Assembly: GCA_903934295.1 (NCBI GenBank)
Contig: CAIZNI010000013.1
Coordinates: forward strand, 38,888 to 102,887
Source: an uncultured beta proteobacterium
GTDB lineage: Bacteria; Pseudomonadota; Gammaproteobacteria; Burkholderiales; Burkholderiaceae_E
Reading direction: 5' to 3'
DNA: 64,000 nt
Within the stretch, counting starts at the first letter, position 1. The number at the start of each line of letters is the position of its first letter. The notes below the pieces were generated by a model. The model saw only the letters and a list, made by a program, of their open reading frames with translations, did no database searches and was not told the DNA's origin. A program made the translations under genes and the position numbers. Shown here one piece after another: positions 40,703 to 50,163 of this stretch.

Positions 40703-41598
40703 GAGCGTGCCTTTCGCAGACGGAACATCAGGTAGGAGATGGCCATCGTGATCGACAGCAGGACCATGGCCAGCGATGCGCCGTAGCCCAGGTTCAGCTC
40801 GGTGAACGAGGTCCGGTAGGCGTACAGGTTCAGGATCTCGGTGGCCGAGCCGGGCCCGCCCCCGGTGGCCGCGAAGATGGCGGCGAAGGCCGACAGCGCG
40901 GTCATCATGCGCAGGATCACCACCATCACCACCGCCGGACGGATCAGCGGCAGCGTGATGTGCACGAAGCGCTGCCAGGCGCCGGCGCGATCCAGGCGCG
41001 CCGCCTCATAGACATCCGGGGGCAGGGTGGCCAGCGTGGCCAGCAGCACCAGGAACGCGAAGGGGGTCCACTGCCAGGTGTGGATCGCGATCACCGAGAT
41101 CAGCGCGAGTTGCGGATCACCCAGCCAGTTCTGGCCGGGCAGGCCCAGCGCCCGGCTGACCATGTCCACCAGCCCGAAATCGGGCGCCAGCACCAGCGTG
41201 CGCCAGAACAGGCCCACCACCACCGGTGCCAGCACGATCGGCAGGATCGCCGCCACCCGCAGCAGCCCCTGGCCGCGCGGAATCTGCAGCACCAGCAGCG
41301 CCAGCGACAGACCGATCACCACCTGCAGCACCACCGTCGAGACGGTGTAGACGCCGGTGAGCGCCAGCGAATTCCAGAACCGCGGATCGCCGCCCAGGCG
41401 GGCGTAGTTGTCGAGCCCGGCAAAGCCGGACAGCCACGGCATCGCCAGGTCGATCCGGTGCAGGCTGGTCCAGCCCAGGTACACCAGCGGCGCAGTGGTG
41501 ATGAGCAGCAGCACCGCCAGCGCCGGCGCGAGCAGCGCCAGGGCGAAGCGGCGCTCCTGCGCCTCGAAGCTGCGCGGCGCCGGGCGCTCCGCGGTCAT
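40699..41598 (-). CDS. Carbohydrate ABC transporter permease (MalF-like)
   Basis: WQWTPF, YEAARLDRAG, TGGGPG. Confidence 0.92.
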   Translation of the reverse strand: MTAERPAPRSFEAQERRFALALLAPALAVLLLITTAPLVYLGWTSLHRIDLAMPWLSGFAGLDNYARLGGDPRFWNSLALTGVYTVSTVVLQVVIGLSLALLVLQIPRGQGLLRVAAILPIVLAPVVVGLFWRTLVLAPDFGLVDMVSRALGLPGQNWLGDPQLALISVIAIHTWQWTPFAFLVLLATLATLPPDVYEAARLDRAGAWQRFVHITLPLIRPAVVMVVILRMMTALSAFAAIFAATGGGPGSATEILNLYAYRTSFTELNLGYGASLAMVLLSITMAISYLMFRLRKARS

Positions 41599-41601
41599 GG
41601 A

Positions 41602-43020
41602 TCAGCCCTTGAGGATCTGCTGGATGCGCGTCTGCGCCTCGTCCAGCGCCTCCTTGGGCTTCTTCTGGCCGACCAGCGCCGACTGGATCGCGGTGGCCAT
41701 CGTCTCGCCGATCGCCGGCCACTGCGGCACCCGCGGGCGCCAGTCGACATCGGTGTCCTGCTCCAGCGATTCCAGCGCTGCCGTGATGAAGTTGTCGCCC
41801 GCGTCCTTCATGGCGGCGGCGAACTCGGGCGAGCGCCACAGCGACATCCGGTTGATGCCCGATCGCTTGGCCGGGCCGGCGAACTTCCAGGAGGTGCGCG
41901 CCTGGGTCTCGGCCGAGGTGGCCCATTCGATGAACAGCCAGGTCGCGCGCTTTTGCTTGTCGGTCAGGGCGGCGTTGATCGGGAAGCCCCAGTTCCAGAT
42001 CGAGGTGACCCGCTTGCCGTTGGGGCCCTTGGGCCAGCGCGCGTAGGCGATCTTGCCGACCACCTTGGATTTCTCGGGATTGTTGATCACCGCTGCCGAG
42101 GAGTGCGCGTCCAGGTAGGTGGCCACCGTGCCCTGCGAGAACGCGTCGGCGATGTCGGGCCAGTTCCAGTTGCGCACTGCGGGCGGCGCGAACTGGGTCA
42201 GGGTGTCGACATACCAGGTCAGCGCGCGCACCGCCTCGGGCGAGTTCACCACCACGTTGCCGCCCTGCATCCAGGTGCCGCCGAAGCCCCGGAACAGCGA
42301 CGGATAGATGTACATGTTCTGGCCGGCGCCGGCGAAGCCGCGCATCGCCAGACCGTACTGGCGGGTCGCCGGGTCGGTCAGCGCCCGGGCGTTGGCGACC
42401 AGCTGGTCGTAGGTGTCGGCGGGCTTGAGGCCCTTGGCCGCATACAGGTCCTTGCGATAGACCTGCACCGTGACCTCGCCGTCGAATGGAATGCCGTAGG
42501 GCTTGCCGTCCACCGAGTCGGCGTCGCGCCAGGCCTTGATGATGTCGTCATAGCGGAACCAGGCCGGGTCGGAGAGGGTGGCGTCGGCCAGGTACTTGTC
42601 CAGCGGCTCGACCCACTTGTTCGCGACGTAGAGCGGGTAGTACATCGGATCGGCCGCGTGCGTGGCGTAGGTGGCGGTCTTCGAAGACAGGTCGAGCAGC
42701 GCCTTCTGGCGGATCTGGCCCGGGGGCACCTTCTCGAAGCGCAGCTTGATGCCGGTGAGGGCCTCGAACTGCGGCTGCAGCGAGATCAGGTTTTCGAAAT
42801 AGCTGGCCGGAATCACCATCACGGTGATGGTCTCGCCTTCGGCCTGGCGCCAGTTCACGCGCGCGCTCCGGTAGGGCGCCAGGTCGTCGGCCTGCGCCAG
42901 GGCGCGACCGGTGAAAGCGGGCCCGGCAACGCCGGCCAGCCCGAGGGCCGAACCGTAACGCAGGGCGTCGCGACGGCGCACCGGCTGGGTCGCGGGGTCT
43001 TCGAGAGTGCGTCGGGTCAT
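41602..43020 (-). CDS. Carbohydrate ABC transporter substrate-binding protein, Tat signal
   Basis: RRRDALR twin-arginine signal, YGIPF, YRKDL. Start moved to ATG 43020. Confidence 0.88.
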   Translation of the reverse strand: MTRRTLEDPATQPVRRRDALRYGSALGLAGVAGPAFTGRALAQADDLAPYRSARVNWRQAEGETITVMVIPASYFENLISLQPQFEALTGIKLRFEKVPPGQIRQKALLDLSSKTATYATHAADPMYYPLYVANKWVEPLDKYLADATLSDPAWFRYDDIIKAWRDADSVDGKPYGIPFDGEVTVQVYRKDLYAAKGLKPADTYDQLVANARALTDPATRQYGLAMRGFAGAGQNMYIYPSLFRGFGGTWMQGGNVVVNSPEAVRALTWYVDTLTQFAPPAVRNWNWPDIADAFSQGTVATYLDAHSSAAVINNPEKSKVVGKIAYARWPKGPNGKRVTSIWNWGFPINAALTDKQKRATWLFIEWATSAETQARTSWKFAGPAKRSGINRMSLWRSPEFAAAMKDAGDNFITAALESLEQDTDVDWRPRVPQWPAIGETMATAIQSALVGQKKPKEALDEAQTRIQQILKG

Positions 43021-43104
43021 GGGGTGTCGTCTCCGGTTTTTTTGGGTGGGCGACCCTCGAACATCGCTTCGTGACGGCGGGGTCGACGGCGGGGTCGTTG
43101 GAAA

Positions 43105-43210
43105 ATGTACTCGATTACATGGACGGGTGTCCAATGTGTTTTTCGACAAGCGGTTGGGATGCCTGGTTCTGTCGGCAGGCCTTGGACGCCCGCGGTGAAA
43201 TCGAATACAT
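43105..43210. promoter_or_regulatory. Two LacI-type operator palindromes
   Basis: ATGTACTCGATTACAT (43105-43120) and GTGAAATCGAATACAT (43195-43210), both CG-centred. Confidence 0.7.
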
Positions 43211-43218
43211 TCAACGTC

Positions 43219-44373
43219 GTGAACAGGGGCTTTTCCAACATCGATGCTGGGCCGCCGGACGACGATCCGGGCGCGCCCCCGCCGCCGGCGGGCGCTGCCG
43301 GTGGCGTGCCCGAGACCCAGCGGCCCCGTGCCAAGGATGTCGCACGGCTTGCCGGTGTCTCCACCGCCACCGTCTCGCGGGTGATCAACTCGCCCCTGCT
43401 GGTCGAGCCCGACACGCTGCTCGCGGTGCGCGAGGCGATGGCCAAGCTGCGCTACCTGCCGCACGGCGCGGCGCGCGCGCTGCGCTCTCACCGCAGCCAC
43501 ATGGTCGGCGCGGTCGTTCCCTCGTTCGACTATGCGCTCTATGCGCGCACCACCAGCGCGATGCAGGCGGTGCTCGAACCCAAGGGCTACTCGCTGGTGC
43601 TGGCCGAGCACCACTACGACCTCCCGTCCGAGCTGCGCGTGACCGCGCAACTGATCAGCCACGCGGTCGATGCCTTCTTCTTCGTCGGCCTGGCGCATGA
43701 CCCGACGCTGTTCGCGCTGCTGGCCGACTACGGCCGCCCTTATGTGCTCAGCTGGGGCGTCGATCCCTTGCGCCAGCACCCGAGCGTGGGCTTCGACAAC
43801 CGGGCCGCGACCTACGAGATGACCCGTTATCTGGTGTCGCTGGGACATCGTCGATTCGGGCTGCTCAGCGCCCGACCCGAGGGCAACGACCGGGCGACCG
43901 AGCGCGGCATCGGCGTTCGCTCGGCGCTCGCGCAGGCGGGCCTGGAACTGGACGAGCGCTGTGTCCGGTACGGGCCGATCGATCTGAACGCCGCCGCCGC
44001 GATGATGCGCGAGTTGCTGGCGCTGGACGAGCCGCCCACGGTGGTGATCGGGACCAATGATGTGTTCGCGGTCGGGGCGATGCTGGCGTGCCGCGAGGCG
44101 GGGGTCCGCATTCCCGAAGACCTCTCGATCACCGGTGTCGACAACACCGATCTGGGCGCGACCCAGACGCCGGGTCTGACCAGCATTCGCACGCCGATCG
44201 TCGAGATCGGACAGGCGGCCGCGCAGCACCTGATCGCGCGCCTGGAGGGCCGACCGGTCAATCTGTTTCAGACCCTGCCTTTCGAGCTGGTGATCCGGGG
44301 CAGCACGGCGGCACCGCGCAGCAGCGCCGGGATCGCCGCGCTCGCCAGGTCAAGGACCGCGCCCACCCGGTGA
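43219..44373 (+). CDS. LacI-family transcriptional regulator
   Basis: KDVARLAGVSTATVSRVIN, ARALRS, NDVFAVGA, DLSITGVDN, LVIRGST. Start uncertain (GTG 43219 or 43306). Confidence 0.93.
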   Translation: MNRGFSNIDAGPPDDDPGAPPPPAGAAGGVPETQRPRAKDVARLAGVSTATVSRVINSPLLVEPDTLLAVREAMAKLRYLPHGAARALRSHRSHMVGAVVPSFDYALYARTTSAMQAVLEPKGYSLVLAEHHYDLPSELRVTAQLISHAVDAFFFVGLAHDPTLFALLADYGRPYVLSWGVDPLRQHPSVGFDNRAATYEMTRYLVSLGHRRFGLLSARPEGNDRATERGIGVRSALAQAGLELDERCVRYGPIDLNAAAAMMRELLALDEPPTVVIGTNDVFAVGAMLACREAGVRIPEDLSITGVDNTDLGATQTPGLTSIRTPIVEIGQAAAQHLIARLEGRPVNLFQTLPFELVIRGSTAAPRSSAGIAALARSRTAPTR

Positions 44374-44457
44374 TCGGGCTCGATCGCACCATTGGCCAGC
44401 CGAACGCCTTGCTGCCATACTTCTGCGGTTGATCACAGCCACCCTGGAGTGTCCGGA

Positions 44458-45666
44458 ATGTCCCGTTTTCGTCTGCCCGCTGCCCGTCGTTCGATCCTGG
44501 CTGCCGCTGTTGCCGCGCCACTGGCCTGCCTGCTGGCCGCCTCGCCTGCGGCCGCCGCCGACAAGGTCAAGGTCGGTTTCGTCAGCACGCTGTCGGGCCC
44601 CTCGGCCGCGCTCGGTGTCGATATCCGCGACGCCTTCCTGCTCGCGGTCAAGCTCAACGGTGGCAAGCTCGGCGGGCTGCCGGCCGATGTGATCATCGGC
44701 GACGACCAGTTCAAGCCCGATGTGGGCAAGCAGCTGTTCGAGAAGAACATCAAGCGCGACCGCGTTGATTTCATGACCGGCGTCGTGTTCTCGAACATCC
44801 TGCTGGCCGGCGTGCCCGAGGCCTTCGAGTCGAAAACCTTCTACATCAGCCCCAATGCCGCGCCGTCGCCGCTGGCCGGCAAGAACTGCGACCCGCATTT
44901 CTTCGCGGTCTCCTGGCCCAACGACGCCTACCACGAGGCGGCTGGCCAGCACGCGACCAACAAGGGTTTCAAGAGCGTCTACCTGATCGCGCCGAACTAC
45001 CAGGCCGGCAAGGACTCGCTGTCGGGCTTCAAGCGCTTCTACAAGGGGCGGATCGCGGGCGAGGTCTACACCAAGCTCGGCCAGCTCGACTACTCGGCCG
45101 AACTGGCCGAGGTGCGTGCCGCCAAGCCCGATGTGCTCTACACCTTCCTGCCCGGCGGCATGGGCATCAATTTCATCAAGCAGTTCGTGGGCGCCGGTCT
45201 GTCGCGCGACATCACGCTGCTGCAGCCCGGTTTTGGCGCCGACCAGGACATCATCCGCCCGGTGGGTGACGCCATGCTCGGCATCTTCGACACCGCGCAC
45301 TGGGCGCTCGACCTGCCCAACGCGGCCAACCGCAAGTTCGTCGCCGAGTTCGAGAAGGAATACAAGCGCCTGCCCACCGTCTACGCGGCGCAGGGCTACG
45401 ATTCCGCGCTGCTGATCGACTCGGCGGTGCGCGACGTCAAGGGCAAGCTCGACGACAAGGACGCGGTGCGCAAGGCGCTCAAGGCCGCCCGTTTCCAGTC
45501 GGTGCGCGGCGACTTCAAGTTCAACACCAACCAGTACCCGATCCAGAACTACTACCTGCGGGTGGTGGGCAAGGACAGCCAGGGCCGCCTGGTCAACAAG
45601 TCGCTGGGCGAGCCGATCCTGAAGAACCACGGTGACGCCTACGTCCAGGACTGCAGCATGAAGTGA
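44458..45666 (+). CDS. Branched-chain-type ABC substrate-binding protein, aromatic-acid-binding-like subgroup
   Basis: Signal peptide, STLSGP, GDDQFKPD, FSNILLA, SPNAAPS, APNYQAGKD, LPGGMG, YAAQGYD. Confidence 0.85.
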   Translation: MSRFRLPAARRSILAAAVAAPLACLLAASPAAAADKVKVGFVSTLSGPSAALGVDIRDAFLLAVKLNGGKLGGLPADVIIGDDQFKPDVGKQLFEKNIKRDRVDFMTGVVFSNILLAGVPEAFESKTFYISPNAAPSPLAGKNCDPHFFAVSWPNDAYHEAAGQHATNKGFKSVYLIAPNYQAGKDSLSGFKRFYKGRIAGEVYTKLGQLDYSAELAEVRAAKPDVLYTFLPGGMGINFIKQFVGAGLSRDITLLQPGFGADQDIIRPVGDAMLGIFDTAHWALDLPNAANRKFVAEFEKEYKRLPTVYAAQGYDSALLIDSAVRDVKGKLDDKDAVRKALKAARFQSVRGDFKFNTNQYPIQNYYLRVVGKDSQGRLVNKSLGEPILKNHGDAYVQDCSMK

Positions 45667-45679
45667 CGCCGGGCCGAAC

Positions 45680-46597
45680 GTGTCCGGTCTGCTGCTGATC
45701 GAGCAGTCCCTCAACGGGCTGCAGTTCGGGTTGATGCTGTTCCTGCTGGCCGCGGGCCTCACGCTGGTCTTCGGCATCATGGACATGATCAACCTGGCCC
45801 ACGGCTCGCTCTACATGGTGGGTGCGTTCCTGGCGGCCTGGCTGGTCGAGCTCACCGGGTCGTTCTGGCTGGGCGTGCTGCTCGCCATTCCGGCGGCGGC
45901 CGCCTTCGGCATGCTGCTCGAGGCCACCCTGCTGCGAACGCTCTACGCCCGCGATCACCTGGCGCAGGTGCTGGCCACCTTCGCGCTGATCCTCATCATC
46001 AACGAGGGCGTGCGCATGATCTGGGGTTCCGACCTGCCGTTGTCGGCCCCAGCCGCGCTGTCCGGACCGGTCGAACTGCTGCCCGGCCTGCTCTATCCGG
46101 CCTACCGCCTGCTGATCATCGCGGTCGGCCTCGCGCTCGCGCTGCTGCTCTACCTTCTGGTGACCCGCACCCGGATGGGCGCCTGGGTGCGCGCCGGCGC
46201 CTCGCACCGCGAGATGGCCATGGCGATGGGCATCGACATCCGCCGCCTGTTCACCGTGGTCTTCGGCATCGGGGCGGCGCTGTGCGCGGTCGCCGGCGCG
46301 ATGCTCGGCCCGCTGCTCGCGGTGCAGGTGGGCATGGGGGAGGGCATCCTGATCCTGGCCTTCGTCGTCATCGTGATCGGGGGCATTGGCTCGATCCGCG
46401 GCGCGCTGGTGGGCTCGTTGCTGGTGGGCTTCGTCGACACACTCGGGCGGACCCTGCTGCCGCACCTGTTCCGCGAGTTCCTGCCGCCCCAGTTCGCCAG
46501 CGCGGCCGGGCCGGCGGTCGCCTCGATCATGGTCTACCTGCTGATGGCGATCGTGCTGTTCGTCCGGCCGCAGGGCCTTTTCCCGGCGCGGGGCTGA
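45680..46597 (+). CDS. LivH-like ABC permease
   Basis: GLTLVFGIMDMINLAHGSLYM, VVIVIGGIGS. Confidence 0.92.
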   Translation: MSGLLLIEQSLNGLQFGLMLFLLAAGLTLVFGIMDMINLAHGSLYMVGAFLAAWLVELTGSFWLGVLLAIPAAAAFGMLLEATLLRTLYARDHLAQVLATFALILIINEGVRMIWGSDLPLSAPAALSGPVELLPGLLYPAYRLLIIAVGLALALLLYLLVTRTRMGAWVRAGASHREMAMAMGIDIRRLFTVVFGIGAALCAVAGAMLGPLLAVQVGMGEGILILAFVVIVIGGIGSIRGALVGSLLVGFVDTLGRTLLPHLFREFLPPQFASAAGPAVASIMVYLLMAIVLFVRPQGLFPARG

Positions 46598-46598
46598 G

Positions 46599-47582
46599 GT
46601 GGCGCCCCTCGAGTCCGGCCGCGGCGCGGCCGTCCCCGGACTGGTCGTGCTGGCGGTGCTGGCGCTGGCCTTTCCGTTTGCGATGCGCGCACTCGACGCG
46701 GGCTTCTACATCAGCGTGGCCAGCCGCATCCTCATCTACGGCATCGCCGCGACCAGCCTGAACCTCATCCTCGGCTACGGCGGACTGGTTTCCTTCGGGC
46801 ATGCCGCCTTCTTCGGCATCGGTGCCTATGCGGTAGGCATCCTGATCACCGAGGGCGTGAGCAACGGCTGGATCGGCTTCGCGGTCGCGATGGGCGTGGC
46901 GGCGCTGGCCGCCGCCCTGATCGGCGCGGTGTCGCTGCGCACCCGCGGCGTCTACTTCATCATGATCACGCTCGCCTTCGCCCAGATGCTCTTCTACCTG
47001 GTCAACTCGGTGAAGGCCTACGGCGGCGACGAGGGGCTGAACATCCGCCAGCGCTCGGATTTCGGCTTCGGCCTGAACCTGAAGGACGACCTGACCTTCT
47101 ATTTCGTGGTGCTCGCCTGCCTGGCGGCCACCCTGCTGCTGGTGCATCGGCTGATGGCCTCGCGCTTCGGCCGGGTGGTGCTGGCGATGCGCGACGACGA
47201 CGAGCGCGCCGAGGCGATCGGCTTCGCCACCTTTCGCTTCAAGCTCATCCTGTTCATGATCGGCGGCGCGCTGGGCGGCCTGGCCGGCGCCCTGATGGTC
47301 AACCAGCAGAACTACGTCAATCCGAATGTGCTGAACTGGGCCCAGTCGGGCACGCTCATGGTGATGGTGATCCTGGGCGGTGTGGGCACGCTGTGGGGCG
47401 GGGTCCTGGGCGCAGCCGCACTGCTGATCCTCGAGGAGGTGCTGTCGGCCTACACGGTGCACTGGCAGTTCCCGGTCGGCTGGGTGCTGCTGGCGATCGT
47501 GCTGTTCGCCCCCCATGGGCTGGTCGGTCTGCTGCGCCGTCGCCGCCCCGCCGCGGCCCGGGACGACACCGATGCCCGCTGA
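46599..47582 (+). CDS. LivM-like ABC permease
   Basis: GYGGLVSFGHAAF, YFIMITLAFAQ, GGDEG. Confidence 0.92.
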   Translation: MAPLESGRGAAVPGLVVLAVLALAFPFAMRALDAGFYISVASRILIYGIAATSLNLILGYGGLVSFGHAAFFGIGAYAVGILITEGVSNGWIGFAVAMGVAALAAALIGAVSLRTRGVYFIMITLAFAQMLFYLVNSVKAYGGDEGLNIRQRSDFGFGLNLKDDLTFYFVVLACLAATLLLVHRLMASRFGRVVLAMRDDDERAEAIGFATFRFKLILFMIGGALGGLAGALMVNQQNYVNPNVLNWAQSGTLMVMVILGGVGTLWGGVLGAAALLILEEVLSAYTVHWQFPVGWVLLAIVLFAPHGLVGLLRRRRPAAARDDTDAR

Positions 47583-48330
47583 GCCGCTGCTCGCGGTCCG
47601 CGGACTGTGCAAGCAGTTCGGTGGCGTGGTCGCGACCGACGAGGTGAACCTCGATGTGCGCGAGGGCGAGATCCACGCCCTCATCGGTCCCAACGGCGCC
47701 GGCAAGACCAGCCTGATCGCACAATTGTCGGGCAGCCTGAAGCCCGATCGCGGCCGTCTGCTGCTGGCCGGCCGCGACATCACCGACCTGTCGCAACACC
47801 GCCGGGTGCGGCTCGGGCTTGCGCGTTCCTACCAGATCACCCGCCTGTTCAAGAGTTTCAGCGTGCTCGACAACCTCGCGCTGGCGGTGCAGGCGCGCAG
47901 CGGCTCCAGCCTCTCGTTCTGGCGCGCGGTCGCCCGCGAGACGGCGCTGTTCGACGAGGCGCGTGTCGTGCTCGATGACATCGGGCTGGCCGCCCGCGCC
48001 GATTCGCCCGCCGGTTCGCTGTCGCACGGTGAGCAGCGCGCGCTCGAGGTCGGGCTCGCGCTGGCCACCCGCCCGCGGCTGTTGCTGCTCGATGAGCCGA
48101 TGGCCGGGACCGGGCCGCAGGAGTCGGCCCGAATGATCGAACTGATCGCGCGGCTGCGCGGCCGCACCACCCTGCTGCTGGTCGAGCATGATGTGGACGC
48201 GGTTTTCCGTCTCGCTGACCGGGTCTCGGTGCTGGTCAGCGGTCGGGTCATCGCCAGCGGCGATCCGCAGGCGGTGCGCAGCGACCCTGCGGTCATCACC
48301 GCCTACCTGGGCGACGAGGTTCACCGATGA
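47572..48330 (+). CDS. LivG-like ABC ATPase
   Basis: GPNGAGKT, LSHGEQR, LLDEP, VEHD, AYLG. Confidence 0.93.
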   Translation: MPAEPLLAVRGLCKQFGGVVATDEVNLDVREGEIHALIGPNGAGKTSLIAQLSGSLKPDRGRLLLAGRDITDLSQHRRVRLGLARSYQITRLFKSFSVLDNLALAVQARSGSSLSFWRAVARETALFDEARVVLDDIGLAARADSPAGSLSHGEQRALEVGLALATRPRLLLLDEPMAGTGPQESARMIELIARLRGRTTLLLVEHDVDAVFRLADRVSVLVSGRVIASGDPQAVRSDPAVITAYLGDEVHR

Positions 48331-49049
48331 GCGCCGGCGCGTCGCCCCTGCTGCGGGTCGCCGGGCTGGAGACGGCCTATGGCGCCAGCCAGGTGCTGTT
48401 CGGCATCGATGTCGAGGTGTACGCCGGCGAGGTCATCGGACTGCTCGGGCGCAACGGCATGGGCAAGACCACGCTGGTGCGATCGATCTTCGGCCTGGTC
48501 GCGGCGCGGGCCGGCAGCGTCGTGTTCGCCGGTCGCGAGGTCCGCGGGCTGACGCCCGACCGGATCGCCCGGCTGGGGCTGGCGATCGTGCCCGAAGGCC
48601 GGCAGGTGTTTCCGAACCTGAGCGTCGATGAGCACCTGACGGCTTTCGTCGCCCAGCGCGGCGGGGCGGGCGTGCCCTGGACCCCGCAACGGGTGTACGA
48701 GCTCTTCCCGCGTCTGGCCGAGCGGCGCCGCAACCTGGGCAATCAGCTGTCGGGTGGCGAGCAGCAGATGCTGGCAATCGGCCGCGCGCTGGTCACCAAT
48801 CCGCGGCTACTGATCCTGGATGAAGCCACCGAGGGTCTCGCGCCGCTGATCCGCGAGGAAATCTGGCGCTGCCTGCGCCTGCTGCGCGAAGCCGGGCAGA
48901 CCATCCTGGTGATCGACAAGTATGTGAACCGGCTGGTCGACGTGGCCGACCGCCACCTGATCCTGGAGCGCGGCAGCGTGGTCTGGCAGGGCAGCTCGCG
49001 GGCGCTCGACGAGGACCGCTCGCTGTGGACCCGCTACCTGGGCGCCTGA
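48327..49049 (+). CDS. LivF-like ABC ATPase
   Basis: GRNGMGKTT, VPEGR, LSGGEQQMLAIGRAL, LDEATEGLAP. Confidence 0.93.
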   Translation: MSAGASPLLRVAGLETAYGASQVLFGIDVEVYAGEVIGLLGRNGMGKTTLVRSIFGLVAARAGSVVFAGREVRGLTPDRIARLGLAIVPEGRQVFPNLSVDEHLTAFVAQRGGAGVPWTPQRVYELFPRLAERRRNLGNQLSGGEQQMLAIGRALVTNPRLLILDEATEGLAPLIREEIWRCLRLLREAGQTILVIDKYVNRLVDVADRHLILERGSVVWQGSSRALDEDRSLWTRYLGA

Positions 49050-49096
49050 GCCGCCGATCGGCCGTCGGCTGATGAGGGGATCGTCCCCGGACCCGT

Positions 49097-50017
49097 TCAG
49101 CGCCGGTTGCCCGGCCGGGCCGCCTCGCGCAGCGCGCCCGCCAGCGCGGCGGCGGCCGGGCGCAGCCGAGCCCGACGCAACCGGGTGATCCCGACCGACC
49201 TTGCCCACTGCGGCGCGGCCACCGGCAGCGCGCACAGCAGTCCCGCGCGCTCCTCCCAGTGCATCAGCTCGCGCGGCAGGAAGGTGAGCAGGTCGCTGTG
49301 CATGACCACGCTCTTCATCAGTTCGGCCGAGGTGGTTTCGACCTCCGCCTCGACCGGGCGCAGGCCGGCGTTGAGCAGCAGTTCGTCGAGCGCGCGGCGC
49401 TCCAGTTCCTGACGCCGTGCCAGGATCCAGCGCGCCTGCAGCAGATCGGCCGGCCGGACCTGGCGCCGCGCCGACAGGGGGTGGCCGGTGCGGGCGATCA
49501 CCGCTGCGCGATCGCCCAGCAGCGCCTCGTGGGCGAGGTCCGGATCGGATGCGGTGCGTGGCACCGACGACAGCGCGAACTCCACCTCGGCGCTGCGCAC
49601 CATGGGCATCAGCGCCTCGTTCAGTCCGTACAGCACCGTGACCCGGATCTGCGGGTGGGTCTGGTGCAGCAGGGCCAGCGCGGCCGGCAGCAGGCGCACC
49701 GCCTCCGACGGGCCGCAACCGATCACCAGCTGCTGGCGCTGCGCGTCGCGCAGGCGGGCGACGTCCTGGGTAGCCTGGTGCAGGGCCTGCTCGATCACCC
49801 GGCCGTGCGCGATCAGGGTCTCGCCCGCCGGCGTCGGGGTCACCCCCAGCCGGCTGCGGATCAGCACCGGCACGCCCACTGCGGCCTCCAGCGCGCGGAT
49901 GCTCTTGGACAGTGCCGGCTGCGACAAGCCCAGGTGGGCGGCGGCGTCGGTGAGGCTGCCGAAGCGGGCGGCGGCCACCAGGTGATGGAGTCGCGACAGG
50001 TGCTGGCGCTCATCCAT
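49097..50017 (-). CDS. LysR-family regulator
   Basis: GSLTDAAAHLGLSQPALSKSIRALE HTH, 306 aa, divergent from the Rieske oxygenase. Confidence 0.93.
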   Translation of the reverse strand: MDERQHLSRLHHLVAAARFGSLTDAAAHLGLSQPALSKSIRALEAAVGVPVLIRSRLGVTPTPAGETLIAHGRVIEQALHQATQDVARLRDAQRQQLVIGCGPSEAVRLLPAALALLHQTHPQIRVTVLYGLNEALMPMVRSAEVEFALSSVPRTASDPDLAHEALLGDRAAVIARTGHPLSARRQVRPADLLQARWILARRQELERRALDELLLNAGLRPVEAEVETTSAELMKSVVMHSDLLTFLPRELMHWEERAGLLCALPVAAPQWARSVGITRLRRARLRPAAAALAGALREAARPGNRR

Positions 50018-50066
50018 GGCGCCTCCGGATGGCGCACGGGTGGCGAAGGCGGACGGTGAGAGATGG

Positions 50067-50083
50067 CATGATCAGAAGTTATG
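50067..50083. promoter_or_regulatory. Putative LysR T-N11-A box
   Basis: CATGATCAGAAGTTATG, an imperfect dyad in the divergent intergenic region. Confidence 0.4.
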
Positions 50084-50163
50084 GATCAGGATCGGATAAT
50101 CATGGCACGGGAGGGCGGATGCCGCTTACGATCAGACTCCCGGCGTCCAGGAGAATCCGCGAA

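Noticed and set aside
43021..44229. 875-aa version of the binding protein (41602-44229)
   Set aside because: The extension is antisense to lacI; the Tat signal begins at ATG 43020.
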